Source: Azolla caroliniana (Eukaryota; Plantae; Polypodiophyta). Taken from it: a DNA stretch of 64,000 bases. This document shows positions 41,501-55,829 of the stretch, one piece after another. Numbering within the stretch: position 1 is the stretch's first letter; every line of letters begins with the position of its first letter. The DNA is taken from the NCBI GenBank assembly GCA_043228905.1, contig JBHGNT010000011.1, forward strand, positions 20,088,001 to 20,152,000, given 5' to 3'. Below the pieces are notes generated by a model, which had not been told where the DNA came from, ran no database searches, and worked only from the letters and a program-made list of their open reading frames with translations. A program made the position numbers and the translations under genes.

Positions 41501-41733
41501 ATCACATATGTGTGTGCATTATCTTCTTGTGATAGTCATTACAATTTCCTATAGAGTACTAAGCCCCCTTATTAGGAAGGAATCACATACAACATGACAA
41601 TGCTTGTCTATATTCCCATTGTAAAAATTACCTCATGGACAATAAGAAATATATTCTAGTCCTTCCTTGTAGACTTGTCCCTTTGGTAGCCATGCCAATG
41701 TCACATCATTAGAAAGTCATGAGAACTAAAGCA

Positions 41734-42050
41734 TACATCAAGCACAAAACAATAAGGATGCTAGAATGAACACAAAAGCAATGAATATAAATCTAGTTTA
41801 ATTATAAATTGAATTACAACTCTAGAGGTTTGCCTAACTAATGCTAAAGAACATATCTTACAAATGAATTACAACATTTATTTATAAGATTGATGACCAT
41901 TACATCAAGTACAAAACAATCAAGATGCTAGAATATACACAAAACGATGAATATAGATCTAGTTTAATTACAAATTGAACTTGCCTAACTAGTGCTAAAG
42001 AACATAACTTACAAAAGAATTACAACATTTATTTATAAGATCATTTACCA
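41734..42050. repeat. Tandem duplication, period about 167 bp
   Basis: TACATCAAG(C/T)ACAAAACAAT...TACAACATTTATTTATAAGAT at 41734 and 41901. Confidence 0.85.
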
Positions 42051-42684
42051 ATAATTAAACTCGAGCACTGAGATAAGAACAAAAGGAGGTTATGACATCA
42101 TTATTTCTGTATATATGATATAAATAATTAATCGGTTCCACACTATTCAAACAGGTTGCATTCACCAATTATAAACTATATAAAAAAGAAATATACGAGT
42201 ATTTGTTGACCACAAATTGCCATAAATAAACATCAAGATCATTGAGCGATAACAATGGATTGAATGGCTTTCGATGGCTATGACATGATTATTTATGCAT
42301 ATATGATTGAATAATTAATCAATTCTACACAGGTTAATTTATAGGCTGCATTTATTAATATTAAAAAACTTAATAAAAAGGATATCTAAGACTAATTGTT
42401 GAGCACCAATTGCCATAAATTAACATCCAGACACAATGTTTTAAGAATTCCGGACAAAAAATATGGTTGCCGATGGCACAACTGATATCACTCACTGTCA
42501 ATGGAATCTGAATATATATATGATGAGAAACAACATCCATCCATGAAATCATAGTACATAATCTTTTGATGATGATTTATTGATAAATCAGCAACATTTA
42601 CACCAAATTTAATCAGCCAGTTATGCATGAATCGTTAGCATATTGAGTGCAATCAATCCACTGATGATGGTAAATTTGAAAACT

Positions 42685-45600
42685 TTACCTTCTTCCTTGT
42701 TTCAAGGATAATAGAAGTCCACCTCCATACATCACAAGCACAAGCATTATTGTGGGCAAAAACCTCTGGTCTTTCAAATAATCTGACATTGCAAAGAAGA
42801 ATCTTCTAGAACTTCCCAGAATCCTTCCACTCTGGGAAGATGCATAGGACTTTGCAGCCCTAGCCCATATTGGTTTCGACTCCTCAGGCAAGAGAGGGGG
42901 GGCTCTCTTCATCTGTACCACGTCATTATGCTAAATGTCAGTTATGACATAATACATGAAAGAAATCACCTTAAACCAACCCTTCTCAATATTCTAAACT
43001 ATGAATCTAACCACTCAAGGAATAATTTTCATTATTTTGCACTTATAAACAAATGCATATCACGTGCTAAAGCATAATGTGAACACATATTGTGTTTATT
43101 ATGCCCATTAAAAAGGAGAAATCAAAGATGAAATGTATGAAGGTGATGGTGAGTGTAACAGTCAATTTTATGCCTTTATAACACAACAGACCATGGACTG
43201 AAATCTAAATGTTACATTTATTGTGGCTTTGAGATCATTCAATAACCTATCATACTTTTCTCCCCCCCAAAACAATGTCTTCACGAAGTCATTTTTATAC
43301 AACCCAATGGTTGAAAACAGATAGCAATTCCTTTCTTCAGAGATACTAATGGAAATATTGTGAAAGTACTCACATAGAAAAGGAGATCTTGTGTGTCCCC
43401 GTCTTTGATCATCATAGAGACCCAGGTGATTATCTGGAAAAAAGAATAAGCTGTAGAATAAAGATCATGCAACAAAATGGAAGAACTAAATGGAATGCAT
43501 ACATACATCATGGGCATGAAGTGAGCCATCATATTTGGCCACAATTTGGGAGGCAAGGTCCTCATCATTACCCTCCAGCAACTTCTGCCAAATATTACTC
43601 GCATGGTTCTTCTTTGGCCTAAACTTCTCAAGGTCTTTTGGGTGTCTTCGATATCGAATGATGAAGACTCGTGGCGTGTCCACTTGCTCTCTGAACATTT
43701 TTGGGCCGCATGACTCATGAACATTCTCGGAGTTCAAGTAAAAGTAGCAAACCTCCTTTGCCACCATGGTTTAATATCACATCTGCCTCTCTCTCTCTCA
43801 TACATATTAGCTCTCTCTCTCGACATATATTTGTATTAAAACAACATGACAATACAAAAAGCCTTGCTATCTCAACTACTCCAATAGTAATGAAGTTCTT
43901 ATGGCAAGGTAAACCCTCTAAGGTGCTGTAATACTAAACAACATAGAGCCAACTCCTGCAAACAACAAGGTGCCAGCAGAATATAGCTGCGAAAACCCTC
44001 AAAACAACTTTCATTTTAGCCTAGATATTGTTGTGGTCACATCTTACTCTATCTCTATTTACTATTTTGATTTGGATTGTTGTTTCTCAATGACAGGACA
44101 ACATTTTAAGATGTAAACACTCATTGTTTCTTATTGGCCATTTTCACCTCTTATAGACATAGAAATCTCTCTCTCTCTCTCTCTCTCTCATATAGAGGTG
44201 AACATATACAATTTGTTCGAAGCTTTAATATCTTGGTATTGATGCACCCGCCACAAATAAATGGACTTTGATTCTAGGCTCCAAGCCGGTTGGAAATCGT
44301 ATTACCTTTTGGAGAACCAATGCAACCAAAGTGATACTTGTGGATGGGAAGTAAAACTAGTGTTGTCCAATGCCACGGTAACTCAAGTTGTTTTATGGAG
44401 TAGATGTATGGGGTGGCACCATCTCTCTTAATGCATGGAATGAGATCAAGAAAATTCAAAAGATGTTTTAAGGAGGCAATTAGGAGTTAAATGCACTACC
44501 TCTTACCAGGTTATGCTCTTGGAAACATGTGTTCAACCCATAGAAATATTGGCACTCCAAAGAGTATATAAATACATTACAACAGTCAAGAATATGCCGA
44601 ATCATCGATTACCACATCTTGCTTGGAATGTTAGATGTAAGATTCTCTCATCCGGTTGGATTGTTGACATAAGGAAATGGTTTAGAAGATGGGGTGTAGA
44701 TGATCTTTTAGAGCTTTCGGGCGATTCTATGCATTATGTAATGATTGAGGAAAACTTCAAGCTGGCTGGAAAAGCTATTATATGTTGGAAAATAAATGCA
44801 ACCCAAGTGATACTCATGGATGGGAAGTGAAACTAATGTTATTTAATGCCATGGTAACACAAGTTTTGCTTTATGGAGTGGAAGTGTGGGTAGTAGGAAC
44901 TATCTCTCTTAATGCGTGGAATGAGATTGAGAAGATTCAAAAGATACTTTTAAGAAGACAATTGGGAGTTAAATCCACCACCTCCTATCAAGTTATACTC
45001 TTGGAAAAAGGTGGTCGATCTATAGAGATAATAAAGCTACAGAGAGTATATAGATACATTACAAAAGTCAAGAATATGCCAAATCATAGATCACCAAATC
45101 TTGATTGGAATGTTGGATGTAAACTACAAAAGAATCACAAGAGCAAAATTCTCACATCTGGTTCAGTGGTTGGCATCAAAAAATTGTTCAAAAGATGGGA
45201 TGTGGAAGATCTCTTAGAGCTTTCACGTGATGCTATGAAATATGTCGTTATTGAGGAAAGATTAATGAACCACTAAGGAAGAATTGGAAAGATGCTGAAA
45301 GGACAAATTAGAATATTACATTGCAAGGCGAGAAGGCCTATTGATCGTATTCAACCTTACCTCATTACTAAAATGAGTATTGGCTCTCCTAGAGCCTTAA
45401 CACTCCTTCCCACTCGATCACACAACCTAGGTATTGAAGTTGCATTATGGCATCAAAATCAGCCAAATGTAAAGGCATGTAGGTATGCAAGGAAGGGCTA
45501 GTAGAGGATGAGTATCACTCGCTTTTTACATGCTCCACATATTTTGCAATCCATGAAAGCTATGATGATGTATTAAGAGGGGGTGATGACTTGAGTGTTA

Positions 45601-48600
45601 TATTAAAGAGAACACCTAGAAGGTTGAGCTCATATGCCTTATTCACACATTGAGACTTGGTGCTTCGAAGAATGAATATTCCTTCTTAGGTCTAATCGGT
45701 CAATATTGGCCTCTCTATGGATGCTAAAAATGTCTATCTACCTATCTATCTATCTATTATGAGTATTAACTCTCGTAGAGCCCTAACACTCCTTCACACT
45801 CGATCACACAAGCTAGGTGTTGAAGTTGCATTATGCCATCAAAATCTACCAAATATAAATGCATGTAAAGTATGCAAGGAAGGGCTAGTAGAGGATGAGT
45901 ATCGCTTGCTTTTTACATGCTCTGCATATAGTGCAATCCCCATTTCCATCTATTTTAGAGTGTCTACACTTGGACAAGACCAAAGTGGAAAAGAATGGAA
46001 TGATCAGAATTGCTATTATTATAAATGGGATAATAAAAGATTGTGGATTGGCCCCACAATGCCTCTTACGTGTTGTGTTATATTGTGGGGTCAATCCACA
46101 ATCTTTTATTACAGACTTGTTATATAGATAACGAGTCTCATATTGTGTGTGATGTGATAGAGAAGCTCAGAACCTCTTCACACCAGTTAAGAGATTGAGA
46201 CATATAAAATATGTCGCTTTGCTTGTGCAAAACTATTAAAAAACAGATCTTCCAATTGTGTCATCAAGAAATGAAATTAGAGGAACACTATGTTATACCA
46301 TTGTACTTAAAGAAATATATGTTCTTGCTAGAGAAATCAGGGGGCATAAAGAAAAGTTGGAAAATTATATAGCCACAAACCCTCATCAGCAAAGAACCAT
46401 CACAACCTTCCTTAGTATCATCACCCCTTCTTCCCAAGCTACAAATCAGTCAAGGGATACACAAGTAGGGTCTCAACCACAACCTAAATGGGGTTCTAAA
46501 GGATTGGGCAATGGCAATTTGTCAAACAACTTGGTCCAATCCTGTTAAGAGTCTATTACAAAAAAATAGACCAAATAAAAGTAAAAGAAAGGTGAATAGA
46601 TTGGATAGAAGAACCTGATCCTCCCGACCACCCCTGAGCTATGATGAAGGCATGGCCACCCTACCACCGACATCCCATACCAAAGGATATTAGGATGACT
46701 AGTACCTTGGAATAGGTAACATGATCGTCACGAGTCACGACGAAAGATTAGCCCGCCTTCTGACATAATCAGGAGTCACCACTAGTGTCTTAAGAATTCC
46801 ACCTTCTAACATAATGTGTTTTATGAGGATAGCTAGACCTCATATTTATTATACTTCTTGCTAGGCCCCTTGAATAGATGTGCTTTTCTAAAAGACTTTC
46901 CATTCATTGGTTGTAAAGATCATATGATAGTGCATGCACCTATCGTTCGTTCTATCCAATCACATTAGTCCCTTTTCTAACATTAGTGAACATACCCTTC
47001 ACTTATGTTTTGTAAATATTAGTGACCTACCTTCACCTCCATGTGTGCATAATGAAACCAGACATATTCAAGTATGATTCATCACCAATAAATTACATGC
47101 TCTATCTCTTGCCAATAAAGTAGACAACTCATCCAAATAAATCTTCATTAATGTACAAAAAGTGATTGGCATGTACTATGAGATACTAGAACACCCAATG
47201 TCAAACAGGGATTGTCAAGAATCCACTCCTAAACCTCCAACACTCCTTTCAACCTCATATCACTTGGACATTATTAGGGAATCACCGCTTCATAACATTT
47301 CATTTCAAGACACAATCAGATCCTCAAAATGGGTGTGTAAAGATTATTTAAATTGATCTCACAAGATTTTACCATAAATATACAGATATATATTTAGCAT
47401 TCTTATAGATACTTTACTTACAGCAATAATGCTTCCATATCATATAATCTACAACATTAAATACTATCCCTTGTTTACATCCATCAAATACTTATGCATT
47501 TATTCTTGATTAGTTTCTAAAAACCCTTGATTTCTCAACTTATTAAGAGGAATGAAGAGTATTAAATTGTGTCCTCCAAATAATAATATCTGCAATGTAA
47601 TCTCCTGTATATCATGCTCGATATTAAACTGTTTTATAGTTATACTCATTGCTTATACTTCTAGTGGTCCTCACAAGGTGGGACAGTCACAAGGAAAATC
47701 TCCAATGATTATATGCATGGATGCACACATCCTTTATTCTATTTTCATTGATCTTGTGACTGTCTACAAGGAAAAGTCTTGTGTATGTGCATGGGTGCAT
47801 GCTTTGAATTTTTTATTTTTGTGAGGCACTGGGAAATATTTTATTACTTAATCTTTTACATGATTGAATATGTTTTTTCTCCATACCTTCTGGACAGATC
47901 CATCAAGCCATGCTAGAGTTAGCCTATTTTCTTTGAACGCTAATACAGCAGGTGAATCCTGTGTATGCTTGATGTAGCTTTCCGTGGTCAGGTTATCCTT
48001 TACATCACGCAATACCTTTCAAGGTTTGAACACCAAAATCCAAAATGAGTATGTGAAGACTCATCACATTATGATATAGAAAAAAAGTTTACAAGTTTTC
48101 AGAGGTAGTTGGGAGTTCTTACAGCTCTTGCTTGATTAAGCTCTAAGCTTGGCTTTCCAGCAACAATGACACAATACCAGTTATGGATACTCTGGCCAGC
48201 AAGAGAATACCCAGCCTCACTGCAACCAAGCTCTTGAGCTGTCACGCTTCTAAGCTGTGGAAGGACTGCAACATAAAACAAGAAACAATAATAATAAAAG
48301 TTTATTTTCTCTAATAAAAGCTTCTGTCCTGGCATTACCACTAATCTTTATTGCCCAAAGCAATTGTATATAAAGTTACTTGGCTGCTGGTAGTAATGCA
48401 TATCAACCCAACAAGTATTAACTTCACCCATATCAAATCTTTGAAGAGAAAAACCTGAAAGAGAGAAAGGCTGAGGAATTTCCTTTCGAGAGTTCAGAGA
48501 AAATTATAATACCATGATTTTTGTTGGCTTCTAGAAGACCATCAAGCATGGAGCTGTTTACTATTCCTAATTACATAATGAGAGGAAAGTACAATTAGCA

Positions 48601-51600
48601 CTCTTTAAAGTATGTCAAATATGGAATATAAAAATTTTGATACATACCATGAAATATGGTTGGCATCAGACCAGGATCTCTGAGAATAAGTATTGCAGGA
48701 GCTGTTCGTACTCCTAACCTACATCACCCAATCAAAAATTTCATTTTCTTTCAATGCAAAGAAGCTTTAATATAAAATATTGGTTTTTGAGTAAATGAAT
48801 ATTTCTATGATACAATTTCTATGATACAATTTTTGTGTCTTATTCCTCTCAAAGGATCACTTAAGCAAGATATGCTTCCATGTAATAATGAGATAGGGCA
48901 GCAACTGCATGGTTACCATATACTATCAAACTGGGCTCTAAGAAACCCAGACATTCACAAATAAGTTATCGCCAATGCACTTGTTCACATAATAAACTCC
49001 CACTCTACCGCTTCACTAATACACAATACAATCTTTATGAAACAAAAAAAGATTTTATAAACAGATAGATAAATATAGAAATATGCACGTCAGAATAGTA
49101 AACTTTAATAGATTATCATGAATGAATTAACACCATAATTTCTTAATGTTTTTAAGAAATTAATGCACAATGATAAATTGTAAGTTAAATATCAGAAATC
49201 CATCATGTCAAAACCCATTATAATGTTATGCTATGCTGCATCCGCAGATAGATACATTAAACACTGTTTGGTATTTTCTCTTACAACTATAGAATATTAA
49301 TGTCCCAATGATCCATCCCTCCCATCTCTCTTGTGCCTGGGGTTTATATGTAGCAGCAAACAGGTTTTCTTCAATTGCAAATGGTGATTTTGCTTCAGTT
49401 TTCTTCATACACCAATATCGTTATAATATACCGTTCAGAAAGGCGCAACAAATATTTGAAGGTGTGTTAGCAGCAGCAGTTTCGTCTGTGTCTTCTAGTT
49501 ACAGTTATATGAGGGAAGAGTTTTCAGATCTATTGATCCCAGTTCAGTATTGTGTTGACTATCCCAGTTTCGTATATACTATAGAGTCAACCACATGTAA
49601 TGCAGCCTATGCAGTTAGTTCTTGCATGTCTTTACAGCAATATAATTTACTTCACAGAGAGAGGAAGCTATTTACATTCACAGAATGCCTTGAAGGCAAC
49701 TGGTATCAACTTTTTGAGTGTCCTTAGGTATGTATTTGCATGATAAAATGTGGGATGTTTCATGATATATGACATTTAAAACATTATAAATATGACATAA
49801 CCTCTTCATGCCTGTGCTACATGATAAAGGAGAGATAAGCCAATCATACATATTCTCCCATAGCGTAGCATTTTCCTCACGCCAGAGGACGAGTCCAAAC
49901 ACTGCATAATCCCAGAAATCATTTGCTGCTTTTCTAAAAAATGGGGCTGCACGCTCTCCAGTTGTAGAAAAGATTACCACTTTGACCTGAATCACATGCC
50001 GCCAATTCCAGCTATTTGTTTGTGTCATATAATCCCATCCTAACAGAAAAGCTAGAACCATGTATGATTTCTTACCTTGTGAGGTTCAGACTTTTGAAAC
50101 AAGTCAGTAACCTGGAAAAACATTTAGTACAGTTATATGCATGTAGAAGCTAGATCAAAAAACCTGTCCTTTATGAGCTCCAAGCTATGAAGCCACCAAT
50201 AACCCCCTAATTTCTAGTCTATGAATCATATGCTATTTTATATTGGAACTTTACCAAGGTTCTTGGAGAATAATACAATATGCGTGGCAATTGTAGGACC
50301 TGAGTTGCCATCCAATCCACCACACCATCTACAGTTATCTTTCCTGTAAACCTGTCAAAAGTTTGTTGACTCACCATCACAAACAACCTGGAGTAACCGT
50401 AAGTGCACGATAAAGTTACGACAAAAAATAGAGAGTTTAGTGCAACAAGAAACTACCTGGAAAAACAACTGTAGTCTCTGCAGTCAGACGGAAATGCAGC
50501 ATAGACAGGAAGACCTAGCCATAATGTTTAATATAATAATTTTTATAAAGTAAAGTTGGACTATATCAATTGTATTCCAAGAATAAATATCTCTTCATAA
50601 GATACGAAGTAGTGATCGAATGTAATTTTCTACATTTTGCCTTAAGTGACTTAGGAACCTATTCTGACAGAATTGAGTACGTAAATTTTTTTCACATAAA
50701 CTATACTCTCATATACAGGCAGAGTTTATGATCATTGCATCATGCTAAAATAGAATCCCTTTTATACATTATCTTCTGGAATAAATTGTATGCCTACCCT
50801 GTCGAAAAAAGTGTGCTCCTGTAGCACTATTTTTATCAGCAAAATATGATGCTAATTTTGACTCTCCAAGTTCCACCCGTCCAAATTGAGCAACACCATC
50901 CATTTGTTCATCTGTTCAAAAACTTATTACCCTTTTTCTGTCCAATATTAGAATCTCTACAGCCACACATCACAACAAAGTAAATCTAAATCAAGATTAC
51001 AAATAAAAACATAATCATATCGGTCACATAAACAGAAATATTCAGCAAAGAATGTGTGTTTGAAACTGTTAGAATTCAGTACATAATATACTGAAACTGC
51101 AAGTCAACAACCACTTAAATGGAACAAAACCATAAGTTGTAACAAACAAACTCAATTTAAGAAGCTCATAAGAAAAGGCTTACATATTTGTACCAAATCT
51201 ATCTCATGGTTCCAGCACTCTCTGCTTGCAACCGAATATATCTAATGCATCAATTGAAACAGAAATTAGAATTGTTGAAATATTAAGATACTTTGATTCC
51301 ATGCATTTTTGTTGTCCAAAAAATCATAAAAATGTATCATGTATAGAAAGCTTTTTAACCTGTATTAACCAAGGTTCTGTTCCACTAAAAATTTCTCCGA
51401 AGTTTTCTGTTGTAAGAGAATAAATCCCCAGATTCAAAGGCTCTGCAATTGCAAACACAACTCTGTATTTAAAAATCATTTATGATAACAACCAATGTAT
51501 GATATAAGAAGCAAACTGAGACACTCCTAAACAGTCAACCTAAATTTCTTTAGTTCTGATCATTACAAACCATAATTGAAGGGTTCCCATAGTGGAAGCT

Positions 51601-54600
51601 TTTGTAATTTGGAAGATGCACTCCAGGTTTTTGCTGTCTCCTGACAAGAGAGAAATCAACTTCCAACTATCTAACTTACAAAAAGGTGAGATGAACAAAA
51701 AAAGGAGCTTGCATGAAATTTCCATTAACTAACCTTCAGTTCATCAAGGTGAAAATTATCATAATCCCTTCTTCGGTATGGATCTGAAAGTATCTCATAG
51801 GCATGTTGTATCTGTGGATGATCAACATAAATGAGAGAAGTATGGCTCCTAAATAGATAATATGATAGAGAGTTTCCATGATGATCCATTTGATTTGACT
51901 CAATAACCAGAAAATCTACAATTAACTTTGAATATGGAATAACACATAGATTCAAATGATATATCAAACTATAAAACAATATATCAAATTATCCCACAAC
52001 TTCCCTTGTGAAGATGATCAATGGAGCATCATATTAAGCTTTCACATTGTCTGATAAATCTTAAAAATTGAAGAATCGCATCACATGTGCAAGGGTGGAA
52101 TTCTTATATGAAGACATTAAAAAATCAGGTTGAAAGAAAAAATAAATAAAAACTCAATCTACAACCATTTATATTGTTCAAGGGATCGTTGAGAGTTAAG
52201 AAAGGTTGATGAAACATGTCAACACTCTATTTTGGAGACCCACTTTAGCCTCATTCTCTATCCAACTTTCTTCCTTGCACTCAACATTTGATTTACAGCC
52301 CATTTCATTAGAGATCTTAATATAATCCAAAATGATTGAAGAAAAATATGAGTAAAGGTGGCTAAAGAGGCAAAAAATACAACTGGAGAGCTTTCAAAAA
52401 GAAATCAAGGAAAAAACGCACCTTCAATAGAAGTTGTGAAAAAACTAAAAGCATTGGCAATGAACAAAGTGGAAGTAACGACCGCAACACTAGAACAGGA
52501 ATAAGAAACCAAGAGGAAAGCTCAAGCATTTTATGTTAAGAGTAGGAAAATTCAAAACCCTGTAACTTAATCATCTGCTAAAAGGGTTCAACGATGAAAA
52601 AGGCCTTCATTTTTTGAGAGAATAATAATAACATGAGATGAAAATACATTTGGATAAAAGAGCTCATGGAAGTTAGAATCGCGCACTCCAAGGAGAATAT
52701 TCCACGAACCATAAGAGGTAAGAAAGGAGACAATTGACACTAAGTAGCAAGAAAGAAATATATATTGAAGTCTCTAAAATACCACAATGGCCTATGGAAC
52801 CTAATAAGCATTACAAATTGTGTATGTTAACTCATCGCTGTGAAAAACAAAAGAAAAATGTTTCCTTGCTCTACCTTCCTAAAATTCAATGGCTCCAGGA
52901 CCATATGGAATTGCAATGAATCCCCCAAGAGAGGTTGAGGTTACTTTGAGAAAATTTCCAGAACATAGATGTGCATGTGCACAGAAATGCAAACTTCACA
53001 TACAAGTGGAAATCTATATTTCGTCCTCAACCACCCCATAAAGAAAGGAACCGCTAGAGAATCATGTGGTAAGCATGGTAGATAGCTTTTTTTTTTGGCA
53101 AGACCAATAAGCCTAATTAGGTAGAAAATATTTCCTTTTGGGAGAGTACAAAATCATTCAAATCAAGCTGACTTTTTGAGAAAGCTCAACCAAATCAATA
53201 CCCTGTAAAAACACAGCATATATGATTTCCTATTTTCAAGGAGTCGGATTCATGAGCTTGCCTGCACATTATCTGTAGTGTCACAATTTTTGTCTTCATG
53301 TTCACAGGTCCTACAAGAGAAACTTTGCATGAGAACTATTTCCATAAATATGTTCTGTTAATCTATCAGGCCTATTAAGTTACATCGAAATTTACGAAGC
53401 GAGATGACTACCTTGAAGAGCTTAACTTTTCATAAGCGTGTACAATTTCATCAATTGTTGCATCAGGTTTCACTCCTAGAGCTGCAAAAACGTTTACTAA
53501 TCTGGTTAATCACAGTCTGATACACAATGTAATTTTTTTAGAAATGACATTTCATAAGACATAATTGTTTATCTAGTGTTTGAAATAATAATAATAATAA
53601 TAAAGGTAAATCGAAAAAAATCATATCACCATGTTAATTTGACCTTTATTAGAGCTTTCGGTGATGGTTTTATACAAATCAATTAGTCAAAATGTTTCAA
53701 AACATAATACTAGCAAATTTGGACACCAAATTTAAATAGTTACAAACATACACATGATTGAAAATCCTACAAGTTCAAGAGCTTTCAAATAGTAGATCTC
53801 GAATCTTATTTGCATATAGATCATTTAGAAAATTTGGAACTCATTGTGAGCTTCATGAGGAAACTAAAAACATCAAAGATTGCAAAAATGGAACTTTAAG
53901 AAATGCCCCAGGTTTGCAAATGCTATATATTCGTTGTGTCTATAGATAATTTTAGAGAAATGAAAATTTTAACCCATTTTGGGCTTCCAAGGAGCATTTT
54001 GGCCTTCACACAAAGACTAGTTTACAGAGGGGGAGTTGAAAAAAAAAGAAGCATAAAATGAAACTCCAATAAATGCCAAAAACTTACTAATACTATACCT
54101 AGAACATATTATTTAAGCATAAAAATTTTAGAGTAAATATAACAACCTATTCTCAAAGTTTGCAATAATGAAAGTCAAAAAACTGCTCGAACATGCAAAA
54201 TATTAAATTTGTATAGTTTATTTGATAGTAGTTAGAACAAATTGAGTAACTACATTTGGAATTTAAAACCTCGGGATGCAGATATTCATACAAATAACTG
54301 TAACATGGGCTTATAATTTTGTCCGAGTTTTCCATGTTCTCTTTTTTTTCAAGACGCTATTTAAAACAATATGGTGCCTTCTTAAAAAAACATAAGTTCT
54401 CCAAGAAAAAAAAAAAGCAGAAAAAGAAAAAAGAAGAAGTACATTCAAACAAAACAGATTTTCTCAGAAAAAAAAGAAAAGAAAATGAAGAGAAACAAAA
54501 AGACTCTTCGTGTTCTTTGTTTTTTCTCTATCTTTTTTTTACGGGTTACATCGAAGCTTACCTTGATAATGAGATTTTTCTGTGTATTTGGGCATCACAT

Positions 54601-54679
54601 GTTGCTGTAAAACCAGATAAATGAGGATGAGAAAAGAGTATAGAGCAAAATGAGCGATGGAAAGCTCAGGAATCCTCAT
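42685..54679 (-). CDS. DnaJ-like (atypical J-domain) thioredoxin-fold membrane protein, At1g18700/DNAJC16-like
   Basis: Exon 1 54679-54562 MRIPEL..(TM)..SHYQ; 53481-53412 ALGVKPDATIDEIVHAYE; 53310-53262; 51811-51734 IQHAYEILSDPYRRRDYD; ...; LPQLRSVTAQELGC..WYCVIVAG; LTLAWLDGSVQK|EVCYFYL..PRVFIIRY (43755-43507); IITWVSMMIKDGD; C-terminal DYLKDQRF + TM (42912-42685). The exact 3' end is uncertain; a tiny last exon near 42498-42507 is possible. Confidence 0.85.
44240..45950 (+). mobile_element. Rearranged LINE 3' remnants (tandem partial copies) inside the large intron of the DnaJ-like gene
   Basis: ORFs 44513-44830 and 44782-45276 repeat LQRVY(K/R)YIT.VKNMPNHR. LxTRSHxLGxEVAL..C..C.EGLVEDEY..LF.C (LINE C-terminal zinc-knuckle-like) occurs at about 45400 and 45790. 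Confidence 0.75.
46031..46111. repeat. 30-bp inverted repeat hairpin (21-nt loop)
   Basis: TAATAAAAGATTGTGGATTGGCCCCACAAT (46031-46060) and ATTGTGGGGTCAATCCACAATCTTTTATTA (46082-46111), one mismatch. Confidence 0.9.
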
Positions 54680-54727
54680 CGCACTCAATCAATCAGTGTT
54701 GGCTCTGCACGAATATTTTGTGCGTCA

Positions 54728-54729
<2 letters not shown>

Positions 54730-54773
<44 letters not shown>
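54730..54773. repeat. (GT)n microsatellite just upstream of the DnaJ-like start
   Basis: Uninterrupted GT run. Confidence 0.95.
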
Positions 54774-54775
<2 letters not shown>

Positions 54776-55829
54776 TTGCGTTTTCTGAATTTAACAAAAT
54801 ACCCCTACCCAGATTTCACGCAATTCCCCACAATACCCCCTTAGCATTTTGTTGAGATTGAAATTTGATTCTTCACTATCCTCCCAAAGTAAATGCTCTT
54901 CTCTTTGTGCCTCTTTTTCTCTCATCATCCACCATCAACCCAACACCCTTGGGTCGTCACCATTACAACATTGTGAGCCATGATGATCTATCTTTATTAG
55001 GTCATTGCAAGCCTTCTTCATGATCTTAGTTGGATGGTTCCAAGCCATGCGGAATTTAGCTCATCGTGGTGGTATCTCATTTGAAGGGTTTCTCATCATG
55101 TCTTCGTTCCTTTGCAATCCTTGTACTAACATTTGCATTCACTCCACTTTTGTATTGAGATGCATGGGTTACATGTTCACACCATACTGCTTGTCGTACA
55201 TCTTACTTTGATCCCTCTAAAAGATGGCATTTTGTTTGAGTTTGAGTAGAATATATATTTGGCTCGCAATATCTAGCTTCATTCTAAGTTTGCCAAGCAT
55301 ATGCATGTAGCATGCATTTTCAGTTGCTCGTTTATGCATAAAATATGTTTTGTATCTCGATATGCAAGCAATGGAGTCATTATCATCGTGATCAAAGCAA
55401 GACCCATCTATTATCTTACATTCGTAAATTTATTGTATGTCTAAGACCTCTGAGCATACATTGAGCCACCTCAACATTGGTCTCTATTCTTTTTTATTCT
55501 TAATTTTCTTTGAGTTTCCTTGCTTTTTGCCCCTGGATGTCTTCTTTTTGTTCACCCCACTAGGTTCTAACTACTTTGTCAATTTTTCTTATTCCTTATA
55601 TTGACTCTAGCCTTGGTCTAATGGTGCTCTCATTCACCTTCGGTCATATATGTATATGATGCACTGTGTGCATTCTTGATATGTTTTGAAGTTACTCGAT
55701 ATATGATATTGTTCTTATGTAATATTCAATGTACATCTAAGTAACATTTTATTTATTGTTTGGTGTTTTTGGCTTGTTTTAGTTATGAAGAAAAATGATT
55801 GTAGGATCGTTAGTGTTGTGGGGGTGATC

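Noticed and set aside
43281-44014. Independent small gene on the minus strand
   Set aside because: The real coding parts are downstream exons of the DnaJ-like gene; the 44014 ATG frame closes after 38 codons.
52875-52945. Alternative J-domain exon (..EPLNFRK|GT)
   Set aside because: No acceptor found that keeps frame with exon 2; the 53310-53262 exon fits exactly.
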